Shown here one piece after another: positions 36,318-46,459 of a DNA stretch of 64,000 nucleotides (position 1 is the first letter of the stretch; each line of letters starts with the position of its first letter). The notes under the pieces were generated by a model that did no database searches, was not told the DNA's origin, and was given only the letters and a program-made list of their open reading frames with translations. This DNA comes from Candidatus Methanophaga sp. AG-394-G06 (GTDB lineage: Archaea > Halobacteriota > Syntropharchaeia > Alkanophagales > Methanospirareceae). Both the position numbers and the translations under genes were made by a program. The stretch spans positions 55,612-119,611 of the forward strand of contig PRCZ01000001.1 in NCBI GenBank assembly GCA_009903405.1, in the 5' to 3' direction.

Positions 36318-38006
36318 TTAGCTCCTCCAGGGCGCCTTTATCTCGTACGGATTCGGTACGTAAGCGTCCTGCACAGCATAATTATTGTATGTCACCGAGT
36401 AGTAACGATCGAACTTATCCTTCAACTTGACCACCATCTCATCTGTCAGCTTATCGTCACATTCAGGCGTCACGAAATACGTCTTCCCAGCAGGTGTCGC
36501 AACCACTTCGCCGTCCTTTACCACTATTTGTCCACCTTTTATCGTGTATTTCGTGTTCAAGAACGCTTTCTGTATCTTACCCGCATCCGTTTCTTCCGGC
36601 GACATATCATAAATCGCAACGTCACCGTCAGCACCAACACCAAGATGCCCCTTGCCGTGCTCGTGCAATCCCAACGCCTTCGCAGCCATTCCTCTTGTTA
36701 TTATCGCTATTTCATATAGGCTATATTCACGGTCTATTGACGGATATATCGCACGGTCGTATATCACCTTGTGCATATCCTCCGCAGACTCATCCCGCCT
36801 CTTCTTGCTCATCAGCATCGAAATGATAATCGGATACCCGATGAACGGACCGGCATTTGGATGGTCGGTTGTGAGTGCCAATTTCCACGGGTCCTTAACC
36901 AGCAGTGCCAATTCCTGTCCTATTGCCCATTGAATGGTATTTACAGGCGATTTACCGGAATACAAAAACGGTGTTATTCCTGAACCTGTCTCAAGCTCGA
37001 CATCGTGATTCGTCCATTTCCGGCCTGTTAGCTGGTACAAACTGTATTCCATCGGCCCATCTGCGGTCATTGTCGTTGTATCGCCTAATATTATAGAGCC
37101 GATGTCAATGGTTGCATGGTCGTTTTGGTTTATATAATCAGCAATTACATCCGCCTTCGACTCAAAATCACCCCAGTTCGTGCCGCCGTAAGAATGGAAC
37201 TGCGTATGTGTGGTGTGCATAACCTGCCGGTCTTTCGCCGGTTTTATGTCTTTCACGAGATCATAAGTTTCCTTTGTTATCTCGAAGTTCCCCGGATGAC
37301 CGAGCATGTTCGTATGCACGTGGATGGAATGCGGCATATCAAACTTCTCATTCGCTTCTGCTAAACCTTTCATTATCTCCGCCGGTGTAACATCGAAGGT
37401 AGGCACGGTATCATTCAAACTGCAGTTCTTTCCCCAGCCCCACATCTCTGTTCCGCCGGGATTCACGATTTTCACGCCGAAGCCCTTTGTTGCCTTTATC
37501 ATCCACGCCATATATGCCGCAAGCAGGTCCATGTCACCGCTATTTACATATTCCATCGTCATCCAGTTGTTGTCAAGGAGCGGTAATGCGGCATTATCCA
37601 ATATAGGAATGTCTACTAACTCCTCATGTGTGTGTCTCGCTGCAAGAGGTGGCATTGCCGCTTCCATCACAAATGTATAGCCCATCCTCGCATACCGATA
37701 GCCAGTAGCGAACGTATTAGGCACCGAATAACCAGATTGCATCCTGCAAACCTTCGTCTTTGCCTCTACGCCCTTTCTTCCGTCTTCTGGTCTGAAGAGC
37801 CTGCCCGAATTGACTTTACCGCCTGCAATGTGCGAATGGATGTCCACACCACCGGGCATTACTACTCTGCCCTCTGCGTCTATCACCTTCGGATTCTTTA
37901 CATCCGCCACTACTTTACCGTCACGAATGCAAATGTCCTTCTTCTCGCCTTTCACGCCATTTAGCGGGTCATAAACCACTCCGTTCTTTATTAAAACTTC
38001 TCCCAT
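36318..38006 (-). CDS. fwdA: Formylmethanofuran dehydrogenase subunit A
   Basis: Amidohydrolase-fold N-terminus (VMPGGVDIHSHI), 562 aa, sits between fwdB and fwdC. Confidence 0.9.
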   Translation of the reverse strand: MGEVLIKNGVVYDPLNGVKGEKKDICIRDGKVVADVKNPKVIDAEGRVVMPGGVDIHSHIAGGKVNSGRLFRPEDGRKGVEAKTKVCRMQSGYSVPNTFATGYRYARMGYTFVMEAAMPPLAARHTHEELVDIPILDNAALPLLDNNWMTMEYVNSGDMDLLAAYMAWMIKATKGFGVKIVNPGGTEMWGWGKNCSLNDTVPTFDVTPAEIMKGLAEANEKFDMPHSIHVHTNMLGHPGNFEITKETYDLVKDIKPAKDRQVMHTTHTQFHSYGGTNWGDFESKADVIADYINQNDHATIDIGSIILGDTTTMTADGPMEYSLYQLTGRKWTNHDVELETGSGITPFLYSGKSPVNTIQWAIGQELALLVKDPWKLALTTDHPNAGPFIGYPIIISMLMSKKRRDESAEDMHKVIYDRAIYPSIDREYSLYEIAIITRGMAAKALGLHEHGKGHLGVGADGDVAIYDMSPEETDAGKIQKAFLNTKYTIKGGQIVVKDGEVVATPAGKTYFVTPECDDKLTDEMVVKLKDKFDRYYSVTYNNYAVQDAYVPNPYEIKAPWRS

Positions 38007-38007
38007 T

Positions 38008-39312
38008 TTAGTTACCCTCCTTTTCTTTTATCGCACGCACTTCGTCCAGTATACGCTTCAGTATCTCCTCATCCTCTGGATATTCCGAATCGATTAACTT
38101 ACGCAGCCGTATAGGGATATTGTCCATCCGATAGACGTTCCCCTCTGCTTCCACACCACTTACCGCAACCGGAAAGACGACATCTGCGAATTCTGTTGTC
38201 GGATTCGGAAACGGGTCTATCTGAATGACCGGAATCTTAGCGAGGTGCTTTATTGACTCACCCGGAAAATGTGCTCCTGGATCCGAGGCGATTACCAACG
38301 CCGCATCACACTCTTGCCTGATTAAAAGGTCAGTAGCCGACAGTTCACCTGGATTGTACCACGCATAACCCCTAGTTAAGTCAATGGCAAATGGGAATCC
38401 TGTCTCCCACGTGCAGACCTGATTGATTCCCGCTACGTTGTAATGACCTCGCATTGGCGTTATACTGAACTTGGTGTGTGTATGCGCTGCTCGCGTCATC
38501 TGAATCGCATTCACGATGTTGTTGTGCCTTGCTCCGGTGTGCGTCACACCCATCCCGAAGAATGTTGCCCCGAACTTTGCTGCTTTCATCATCTCCGCGG
38601 TCTCTAATAAGTCCGTCTTCGACACGCCGCCTACCTCGTCCGGCACTACGTCCTCATGCCCATATAACATAGCCCTCAACGCAGAGAACACTAGATAATC
38701 TTTACCTTGCTCTATTTGTAAGAACACATCAGCCATCCTCGACGTCTTTGTCGCCCGTACATCAACAATAACAAGTTTCTTCGCCTTTTTGCCTTCTTCT
38801 GTCCAAAATCCTTTCGAGACATACGAGTATCGCTTCATGTGGTTGGCATGTGCCTCTGCGGGGTTCGCACCCCAGTATATAATGAGGTCTGCACGGTTCT
38901 TCACTTCTCCAAGTGTACAAGAGGGCAACCCAACATCCTGAATCGCCAGCACTGACGGTCCATGACATACCGAAGCCGTATTATCTATAACGGCACCTAT
39001 CTCCTCTGCAAGCTCGACACCTACTTTATCCGCCTCACAAACCGTAGAACTCCAGCCATATAAGAGCGGTCTTCGCGATGCCGCTAATATCTCCGCCGCC
39101 TTCTTTATCGCTTCGTCGTAAGAGCAGTCCTTAAGCTCGCCATTTACTCTTATCGCAGGGCTCTTTATCCGGTTGTGTCCCATTAATTTGCTCTTCCCTA
39201 CAGAACATGCCCCTCGCTTCACCTTCGTCACTTTGTTATCTTCTACTTCTACCACTATATCGTCGCATACACAGCCACACAAAGAGCATACAACATCCGT
39301 AACTTCTACCAT
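38008..39312 (-). CDS. fwdB: Formylmethanofuran dehydrogenase subunit B (Cys type)
   Basis: N-terminal CSLCGCVCDD cluster, molybdopterin oxidoreductase fold. Active-site SVCHGPS has Cys and there is no in-frame TGA. Confidence 0.9.
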   Translation of the reverse strand: MVEVTDVVCSLCGCVCDDIVVEVEDNKVTKVKRGACSVGKSKLMGHNRIKSPAIRVNGELKDCSYDEAIKKAAEILAASRRPLLYGWSSTVCEADKVGVELAEEIGAVIDNTASVCHGPSVLAIQDVGLPSCTLGEVKNRADLIIYWGANPAEAHANHMKRYSYVSKGFWTEEGKKAKKLVIVDVRATKTSRMADVFLQIEQGKDYLVFSALRAMLYGHEDVVPDEVGGVSKTDLLETAEMMKAAKFGATFFGMGVTHTGARHNNIVNAIQMTRAAHTHTKFSITPMRGHYNVAGINQVCTWETGFPFAIDLTRGYAWYNPGELSATDLLIRQECDAALVIASDPGAHFPGESIKHLAKIPVIQIDPFPNPTTEFADVVFPVAVSGVEAEGNVYRMDNIPIRLRKLIDSEYPEDEEILKRILDEVRAIKEKEGN

Positions 39313-39327
39313 TTTTCCCTTTTCCTC

Positions 39328-39708
39328 CTAGCCCATATACGTCTGCATCAGTTCTTTTACATGCAGAACTTTATCGCCACTCTTCTCTATCTCCGCATCT
39401 ATGCCCTTATACGATGGCATACCCGCACCGTGCGTATCTCCACTGACGAGAGCATTTGCCCAGGGACCCATAGGCATAAAAGCTATCCCTTCCGGAGTTC
39501 CCGCATCTTCTTTCGCTTTCACTACCACTTCGCCATAACTCGTTTTTACCTTCACCGACTCCTCTGCAGCCACACCCAGTTTATCCATATCCGCTTTGTT
39601 CAGATCACATCGTGCCACTTCATCAAAGTACTCCTCTGACATCTTACTGTCTAAATTTCGTCCTTGAACAATTGTTCTTCCACTTATCAAATTCACTTTT
39701 GTTCCCAT
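39328..39708 (-). CDS. fwdD: Formylmethanofuran dehydrogenase subunit D
   Basis: MGTKVNLISGRTIVQG... molybdopterin dinucleotide-binding barrel. ATG at 39708 preferred to the longer track ORF. Confidence 0.85.
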   Translation of the reverse strand: MGTKVNLISGRTIVQGRNLDSKMSEEYFDEVARCDLNKADMDKLGVAAEESVKVKTSYGEVVVKAKEDAGTPEGIAFMPMGPWANALVSGDTHGAGMPSYKGIDAEIEKSGDKVLHVKELMQTYMG

Positions 39709-40123
39709 TTTTATCCATTTATATCTCGTACAAACAAACATTTAAATATATCGGAATTTCTCTTTCGTAACAAATCAAATGATGGCGGTAGAGAGTTCAG
39801 CACGGAATGATGAGTTTCATCATGACCTTTGTTGCGGAGTCTTCTTATGAAAGCCATAATGTTTATATGTGGTTGAAAACATATAAAAGTATCGGAAAGC
39901 TGTTTGATTATGGAATTATGGGACAGCCTCTTAAGTCCTTAAGCTGCGGAAAACTAGCCCTTAACCGCTTACTACGCCCACCCTTTATCCGCTTCGATAT
40001 CCCGTTTACCGAATATTTCGGCGGGTATTTTATAAAGATAATTCAATACCCCTATTTATAATGGTGATAGGATGGCGAGTCATCCAACTTGTACCATAAA
40101 GAAAGAACGAACGAAAAAAAACA

Positions 40124-41080
40124 ATGACAGAAAGCGAACCAATGAGAATATTGGAACGGAATGTAGAGGAGCTAATAACAAAGGGCGAGTTAGAAGAGGT
40201 ATTGTCGTCAAAGAAGAAGCCAAGAGCGTATGTAGGCTATGAGCCAAGTGGTCGTGTCCACATCGGACATTTACCTATACTAAACAAGCTGAAAGAACTG
40301 CAACGTTTCGGCTTTCACATAATCGTGCTCCTTGCTGATCTGCATGCGTATCTAAACGAAAAAGGTAGCCTGGAGCGGATACGGGAGACGGCAGAGTACA
40401 ATAAGCGCTGTTTCGCCGCTGCGGGCTTAAGTGACGAAACAGAATTCATTTTTGGGTCTTCTTTCCAATTGGACAGCGAATATATGATGAATGTATTAAA
40501 GCTTGCCACAGTGACGACGGAAAAGAGGGCGAAGAGGAGTATGGACGAGCTCTCAAGGAGCAAGGAAGACAGGAAAGTATCTCAGACGATATATCCACTG
40601 ATGCAAGCAGTGGATATAGCATACCTTGATATAGATGTAGCAGTAGGTGGGATAGACCAGCGGAAGATACATATGCTTTCGCGCGAGAACATCCCGAAAT
40701 TAGGCTTTAAAGCACCTATTTGTATCCACATGCCGCTATTAATCGGATTGGATGGTGAGAAGATGTCCTCCTCATTGGGCAATTACATTGCTGTGGACGA
40801 GCCTGTAAGAAGCATAGAGAAGAAGATAATGAGCGCTTTTTGTCCTGCCAAGATCGCAGAGGGCAATCCCATACTGCAAATATACAAGCATACTATATTT
40901 CCCGCTGTAGGTAAAGTGACAATAGAAAGAAAAGACAAATACGGTGGCAATATAACTGCTAATAGCTACGAGGAGCTCGAACTCGGTTATTTACACGAGC
41001 GGTTACATCCGTTAGATGTAAAGACAAATGCAGTGCGGTATTTAAATGATGTTTTAGCGCCTATGACGGATTTGAAATAA
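40124..41080 (+). CDS. tyrS: Tyrosyl-tRNA synthetase (archaeal short form)
   Basis: YVGYEPSGRVHIGH (HIGH), KMSSS (KMSKS equivalent), 318 aa. Confidence 0.92.
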   Translation: MTESEPMRILERNVEELITKGELEEVLSSKKKPRAYVGYEPSGRVHIGHLPILNKLKELQRFGFHIIVLLADLHAYLNEKGSLERIRETAEYNKRCFAAAGLSDETEFIFGSSFQLDSEYMMNVLKLATVTTEKRAKRSMDELSRSKEDRKVSQTIYPLMQAVDIAYLDIDVAVGGIDQRKIHMLSRENIPKLGFKAPICIHMPLLIGLDGEKMSSSLGNYIAVDEPVRSIEKKIMSAFCPAKIAEGNPILQIYKHTIFPAVGKVTIERKDKYGGNITANSYEELELGYLHERLHPLDVKTNAVRYLNDVLAPMTDLK

Positions 41081-41171
41081 CCGTGAAAAAATTTGACAAG
41101 ACGGTTATTTTTAAATTTAGTTTATAAGGGGCTAGGAAATAATACGTTAATATCCTAATCGGAGAGGTCAA

Positions 41172-43217
41172 ATGCATTACATAATTACAGAGAAGGGGAC
41201 AACAGCAAAAAAAATCGCGGCCATTCTATCGAATGGTAAGGCTAAGAAGAAAAAGATTGGTGGCATAGATGCACACGAGTTCGATAAAAAGGTAGTTATA
41301 GGACTGAGCGGGCATGTCTTTCGTCTTGACTTCCCAACTAGCTATAATAATTGGAGCAAAGTGGATCCTTACAAGCTGATAGATGCCAAAATAGTTACTG
41401 TTGCATTAAAAAAGGATATAGTTAAAACGCTGGGTCAGATAGCCAAAAAAGCCGATTATATTACCATTGCTACTGATTACGATCGAGAAGGGGAGTTAAT
41501 AGGCGTTGAAGCGCTCAACAATATCAAAAAGATAAACCCCGAATTGAAGGTTGATCGGATGCGATACAGTGCGATAACAGAGAAGGACATAAAAGATAGT
41601 TTTGCGGCAAGAAGTGAGGTAGATTATAACTTAGCAGCATCAGCCGAAGTGAGGCAGATAATAGACCTGGTCTGGGGTGCATCACTAACGAGGTTCATAT
41701 CCCTATCTGCAAATCGGTTGGGCGATGGGTTCTTTTCGGTTGGACGAGTGCAATCCCCAACACTTGCGTTACTGGTAGAGAAGGAGAAAGAGATAGCGAA
41801 ATTTGTACCACGTAAGTATTGGGAACTGCATGCGAAATTAAAGACAGGAAACGGTGAGATTTTTGACGTTACACATAAAACAGCTAAATTCTGGGAGAAG
41901 GACGAAGCGGAAGTGGCAAAAGCGAGAATAGAAGCTGCCAAAGTGGGCTTTGTTCGTACGCTAAAGACGAAGTTACGGGTTGAGAAGCCGCCTACACCTT
42001 TTGATACTACCACGTTTATACGTGCTGCATCCGCTATAAGCTATACTCCGAAGCGTCTAATGGCTATCGCAGAGGGGTTATACCTTGGCGGACTCATCTC
42101 TTATCATCGTACTGATAATACCACGTATCCCGACACGCTTGATTTAAAGACGTTAGTGCAGATGTTCCAGAAGCACAAAGAATTTGGTAAGCATGCCAAG
42201 TTGCTACTCACGAAAAAGGAATTAAAGCCAACTGCAGGTAAAAAAAAGACCACTGACCATCCACCCATACATCCGGTCGCAGAAACAACAAAAGATAAGC
42301 TAGAGAAGGACGAATGGAAAGTCTATGAACTTGTAGTTCGGCGTTTTTTAGCTACACTTTCGGACGCTGCGAAATGGGAAGATACAAATGTGACGGTTGA
42401 GATAGGCGACGAGCCATTAACAGCAAAGGGTAGACTACTGAAGGAGCAAGGTTTCCTCGCCATATATCCGTATCAGAAGAAGGAGGAGCTGGTAATACCA
42501 CAGTTAAAAGAGGATGAGAAAGTAGATCTTGAGCATATCGAGCTTGTAGAGAAGGAAACGAAACCGCCAAACAGGATTTCACAGGCGGGACTAATAAAGA
42601 AGATGGATGACTTGGGGTTGGGCACGAAGAGTACGCGACATGAGATAATAGGGAAGTTGTATGATAGAACATACGTGCAGGGCAATCCGGCAAAACCAAC
42701 GGAGAAGGCAGTTGCGCTTATAGATTCATTAGAGAAATACGCCGCGCTGATAACGAAGTCGGAGATGACAAAAACGCTCGAGTTGGAGATGGATGAGATA
42801 AGTGAGGGAAAACGGAAGAAGAAAGAAGTTGCAGAAGATTCGCGAAATATGCTGAAAGACGTGTTTGCGGATCTGAAGAAGAACCGTAGTGAAATTGGAA
42901 ACTCGCTTAAAGAAGCTGTAAGGGCAGATAAAATCGTAGGATCATGCCCTAAATGTGGCTCGGATCTGTTATTGCTATCTTCTAGACGCGGTAAGCGATT
43001 TGTGGGCTGTAGCAATTATCCTGCTTGTGAATTCTCGCTTCCAATGCCAAAGAGTGGTAGAGTTGTTGTGACCGAGGACAAATGCGATGAACATCCATAT
43101 ATGTTTAAGTTGAAGATAATAAAAAAGGGTGCGCGCCCCTGGGATTTCGGCTGTCCATATTGCAATTTCCAGCAGTGGCAGGATAAAGTAAAGAGCGAGA
43201 AAAAAGGTGAAAATTGA
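41172..43217 (+). CDS. topA: Type IA DNA topoisomerase
   Basis: Toprim DYDREGE, active-site region ISYHRTDN, C-terminal zinc ribbons (CPKCGS...CSNYPAC, CPYC). Confidence 0.9.
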   Translation: MHYIITEKGTTAKKIAAILSNGKAKKKKIGGIDAHEFDKKVVIGLSGHVFRLDFPTSYNNWSKVDPYKLIDAKIVTVALKKDIVKTLGQIAKKADYITIATDYDREGELIGVEALNNIKKINPELKVDRMRYSAITEKDIKDSFAARSEVDYNLAASAEVRQIIDLVWGASLTRFISLSANRLGDGFFSVGRVQSPTLALLVEKEKEIAKFVPRKYWELHAKLKTGNGEIFDVTHKTAKFWEKDEAEVAKARIEAAKVGFVRTLKTKLRVEKPPTPFDTTTFIRAASAISYTPKRLMAIAEGLYLGGLISYHRTDNTTYPDTLDLKTLVQMFQKHKEFGKHAKLLLTKKELKPTAGKKKTTDHPPIHPVAETTKDKLEKDEWKVYELVVRRFLATLSDAAKWEDTNVTVEIGDEPLTAKGRLLKEQGFLAIYPYQKKEELVIPQLKEDEKVDLEHIELVEKETKPPNRISQAGLIKKMDDLGLGTKSTRHEIIGKLYDRTYVQGNPAKPTEKAVALIDSLEKYAALITKSEMTKTLELEMDEISEGKRKKKEVAEDSRNMLKDVFADLKKNRSEIGNSLKEAVRADKIVGSCPKCGSDLLLLSSRRGKRFVGCSNYPACEFSLPMPKSGRVVVTEDKCDEHPYMFKLKIIKKGARPWDFGCPYCNFQQWQDKVKSEKKGEN

Positions 43218-43252
43218 CAAGTGCCTCAACTTTTTTTTGCACGCAAAAAGTT

Positions 43253-43576
43253 TCACTTAATCGCGACACCAACTGCACGTTTTATCAATAACCCTATTTC
43301 GTCAACCGCATCAACCATCGGCCCTTTCTTATCGGGTATTTCAATGATAACGGGGATCACACCGCTTTTCTTCGCATTTATCGCCCTTATCTTCTCTTTG
43401 TTCCGAGCTACGGCGGCAATCCTTTCGCTTATAATTACAACAGCAACCGCATCGCGTACTAATTTATCTAACACACGAGTAACATCCTCATTGTCCGTGG
43501 AACATTCATGTACTCTCGTTACTCCCGCAAGCCGGAAACCACTTGCAGTCTCAGAGTCACCAATTACTGCAATCAT
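43253..43576 (-). CDS. atpF: A-type ATP synthase subunit F
   Basis: MIAVIGDSETASGFRLAGV..., 107 aa. ATGA overlap with subunit E. Confidence 0.85.
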   Translation of the reverse strand: MIAVIGDSETASGFRLAGVTRVHECSTDNEDVTRVLDKLVRDAVAVVIISERIAAVARNKEKIRAINAKKSGVIPVIIEIPDKKGPMVDAVDEIGLLIKRAVGVAIK

Positions 43577-44232
43577 TTTTCTGTAAAGAGCGTTTTCATT
43601 ATATCTTCCCTTATACTGGCAGAGTATCGAGTCATACGCTGTTCAAAAGTATTATTCACCTCTATTTTCCCATCTTTTCCTCGCACTATGACTCCACCTG
43701 CGGACTTTATCCTTTCACTGGATAGCGATAATTTTACAGGTACCGTTATATCATGGCTTAGTTCAGTAGATACTTTCTTAAGTATAGATTTGTCTATGTA
43801 AGACACATCCTCCTCGCAAATCAGTGCTTCCAATTCATTGGCTGTGCCATCACCAGCAATTAGACTTATTGAAGCGTCCTTTATCAAACCAGCCATGATG
43901 TCAGAATAGGAAACACCGTTGAAACCTTCTTCTTTTACTTTCTTTATCCTCTTCATTGTTTCCTCTAACGCCTTCTTTGTCATCTCCTCCTCAGCATCCC
44001 ATTTAAGCTTCCTTGCATTCAGTCGCGCGGCTCTAACCATCCGCTCTTTCTCTTCCAGACCTCTCGCTTCCTCAGCCACAATAAAGTCCTTTTTTCGATC
44101 TTCTATCTCTTCTCTCGCTTCACTAATCAGCTCACTCGCCTTCGCCTCCGCTTCGCGCACTATCTTATCGCACTCAGCATTTGCTTCGTCTTTTATCCGC
44201 CCCTCTATCTCATTCACACCCAAGCGAATCAC
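43573..44232 (-). CDS. atpE: A-type ATP synthase subunit E
   Basis: Long N-terminal coiled coil then globular C-terminus (GGVIVRGKDGKIEVNNTFEQR), 219 aa. Confidence 0.8.
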   Translation of the reverse strand: MIRLGVNEIEGRIKDEANAECDKIVREAEAKASELISEAREEIEDRKKDFIVAEEARGLEEKERMVRAARLNARKLKWDAEEEMTKKALEETMKRIKKVKEEGFNGVSYSDIMAGLIKDASISLIAGDGTANELEALICEEDVSYIDKSILKKVSTELSHDITVPVKLSLSSERIKSAGGVIVRGKDGKIEVNNTFEQRMTRYSASIREDIMKTLFTEK

Positions 44233-44546
44233 CCCAACCCCAATATTTTTTCTAGCACTATGCTTGCCGTGTTCTCGATATTAGATTCCGCAATAGATCT
44301 CAGCTTCTCTGCCTCGACCTCCGCATTTTTCATTAGCTCTTTCTCTTCCTCTCTGCCTTCCTTCGCATACTTATCGGCAACCTCAAAGGAGACGTTCTTC
44401 TCATCCACACGCGCTGCCTCTTTTCGCCCCTTCACTTCTTCCTCTGCCGCCCTTGCTATCTCTACAGCACGCTCTTTGGCCGCTTCTATCTGCTTCTGAC
44501 CTGCCTCTTCCCTTTCTCTTATAAACCTTAATGCTTCTACTGCCAT
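44229..44546 (-). CDS. atpH: A-type ATP synthase subunit H
   Basis: 105-aa all-coiled-coil protein (IREREEAGQKQIEAAKERAVEI...) overlapping atpE by 4 nt. Confidence 0.65.
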   Translation of the reverse strand: MAVEALRFIREREEAGQKQIEAAKERAVEIARAAEEEVKGRKEAARVDEKNVSFEVADKYAKEGREEEKELMKNAEVEAEKLRSIAESNIENTASIVLEKILGLG

Positions 44547-44673
44547 TGTATATTCTTCTATAATAGGACGACTGTATTATAGCTTTTTAAATGTTTCATT
44601 TATTATTCATCCTTTTTAAAAGGTTGTTAAACTCGTTCTTTCTATATAAGAATACTAAAAAGTTAGGTTAATT

Positions 44674-45465
44674 ATGAGACCAAAAATAAGTTTCTCCGCG
44701 GTAGATGCGACCAGCAACCCCGTGGAGTGGATGTATAGAATAGAAGATGCTGGCTTTCAGGGCTGGGAGATTGTGGGTGAAGGCGAGCAGAAAGTGGAAG
44801 GCAAATTCAAAGAGCGGGTGAGGGCGATAAGCGAAACGACAAATCTCACCCTTTCATTGCATTCCCCGCTCTCGGATATTAACATAGCAAGTGTAAACGA
44901 GCGGATGAGGGAAGAAAGCATAAGGCAGATAAAGGAGTGCATAGATGCGGCATACGAGTTCATTGCAGATATATGCGTAGTACATCCTGGCCTTTTCTCG
45001 CCATTGACCGTGCAGATGCCGGAGAAGGCGTTTCAGAAAGCGATTGCAAGTCTAACAACAATATGTGATTTTGCTGCGGAACGCGGGTTGCGAATAGCAT
45101 TAGAGAATCTAACATCGGCGAAAATGCTTATGGGTCGCGATCCGGAAGAACTCAATCGAATAGTGCGCGGTGTGAATGCGGATAATCTTGGACTCTGTCT
45201 TGACGTGGCGCATGCAAATACGACAAAGACGCTAGACAAATTTTTAAATAAGAAGGCGACTGCTGTAGAGATAATACACATGCATGCAAGCGACAACTTT
45301 GGCGCTGATGACCTGCATTTGCCATTGGGCGAGGGCAACCTGGATTATAAAAAGGTGTTGGCATGGATAAAGGACTATGAATATCGCGGGATAATGGTGC
45401 TGGAATTGTACACATTAGAGGGCGGGATAGAGAGCTTGGCGCTTATACAAAAGCTCTTAACATGA
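44674..45465 (+). CDS. Sugar phosphate isomerase/epimerase (xylose isomerase-like TIM barrel)
   Basis: LSLHSP, VVHPG, ALENL, LCLDVAHA, HMHASDN, and ELY near the C-terminus. Confidence 0.75.
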   Translation: MRPKISFSAVDATSNPVEWMYRIEDAGFQGWEIVGEGEQKVEGKFKERVRAISETTNLTLSLHSPLSDINIASVNERMREESIRQIKECIDAAYEFIADICVVHPGLFSPLTVQMPEKAFQKAIASLTTICDFAAERGLRIALENLTSAKMLMGRDPEELNRIVRGVNADNLGLCLDVAHANTTKTLDKFLNKKATAVEIIHMHASDNFGADDLHLPLGEGNLDYKKVLAWIKDYEYRGIMVLELYTLEGGIESLALIQKLLT

Positions 45466-45483
45466 CGTCAAATTGAATAGGGA

Positions 45484-46385
45484 TCACGAGAGCATAGCAT
45501 CAAGTTCCGTGTCGAGATATGCAGCCATTTCATTGCAGTACCCATGCGTGGCAGTCTCAATAGTATATAGTTTTTTTGGTGCGAGTGCTTTTGCGTATGT
45601 CCGCTGTGCATTTTCGTATGCTATGATCGTATCGTTTAGGAATGAATCATAACGAACTTTCTGGGCGGTATTTTGCTCAGATACCTGTCCGGGTCGATTG
45701 ATTTGTAGAATCTGATTACCTCCGGGTCGTTCAGACCACCGGAAGTAATCGCGGAATCAACTCCATAGCCGCATGTGCTGATGGCAATCACGCCACAAGC
45801 ATCTGGATCGAGTGCACAAGCGATAATCGCAAATCGTGCACCGTTACTCTCGCCTGCAAACACGATACGTTCCGGATCAATCTTCGACTGGCGGCGCAAT
45901 ACCGCAGCAGCAGCAAGGGCATCATGTACCATCTTGTGCTCGATCGGTTCTTCACCGTTTATAAACATCTGTAAATCTGTTTGTATGTCCAGAGCACCTA
46001 AATTACGCTGGTCTATCGTGATGCTTGCATAGCCAAGACTGCAAAGATACTTTGCAAGCCCTTGCTCGCCTTCTTTTGTTACTGCTGCACCTGGTAGCAG
46101 TACGATCCCGGGGACATCCTCCTTCTGGGTTGGCACTCGCATAAGCCCCGCTATTTGTGTGTCTCTGCTCGTAAATGAGACCTCATAAAGCGTGTAAGTG
46201 TCCCTAGTTTCAAGTATGGATGATTGATAATCCGGCGTGCATTTTGGATATCCCCACACCCCTTCCGGGGTCACACGCCAATTCCTATCGGAACCTGAAA
46301 GAAATATCACAGCAGCTATTGCCGCAATGCTAATAGCAAGTATTATTATTGCAGTGCGTGCTCCACCCTTTTGGTTTTTGGCCAT
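45484..46385 (-). pseudogene. Membrane-anchored alpha/beta (dienelactone-type) hydrolase split by a frameshift near codon 249
   Basis: The track ORF ends ...KFVMIHS-stop at 45636. The next frame continues LNDTIIAYENAQRTYAKALAPKKLYTIETATHGYCNEM...-stop at 45484 and carries the expected Asp and His. Nucleophile is GESNGA. Confidence 0.7.
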
Positions 46386-46459
46386 TAATTAGATAAAATA
46401 TTTATGATTCATAGTTATAGTATGTCAATATATCAGGAGATAAGAAAGAGGCGATAAAA

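Noticed and set aside
35447-36430. 327-aa plus-strand ORF (Ser/Pro/Ile-rich)
   Set aside because: It is entirely antisense to fwdC/fwdA, low-complexity and without motifs. The same reasoning applies to 24789-25337 (antisense to ftsY), 42473-43015 (topA), 60036-60668 (HdeD), 20947-21354, 3426-3827 and other antisense track ORFs.
38008-39312. Possible selenocysteine recoding in FwdB
   Set aside because: The ORF is uninterrupted and the active-site position reads Cys (SVCHGPS). There is no in-frame TGA.
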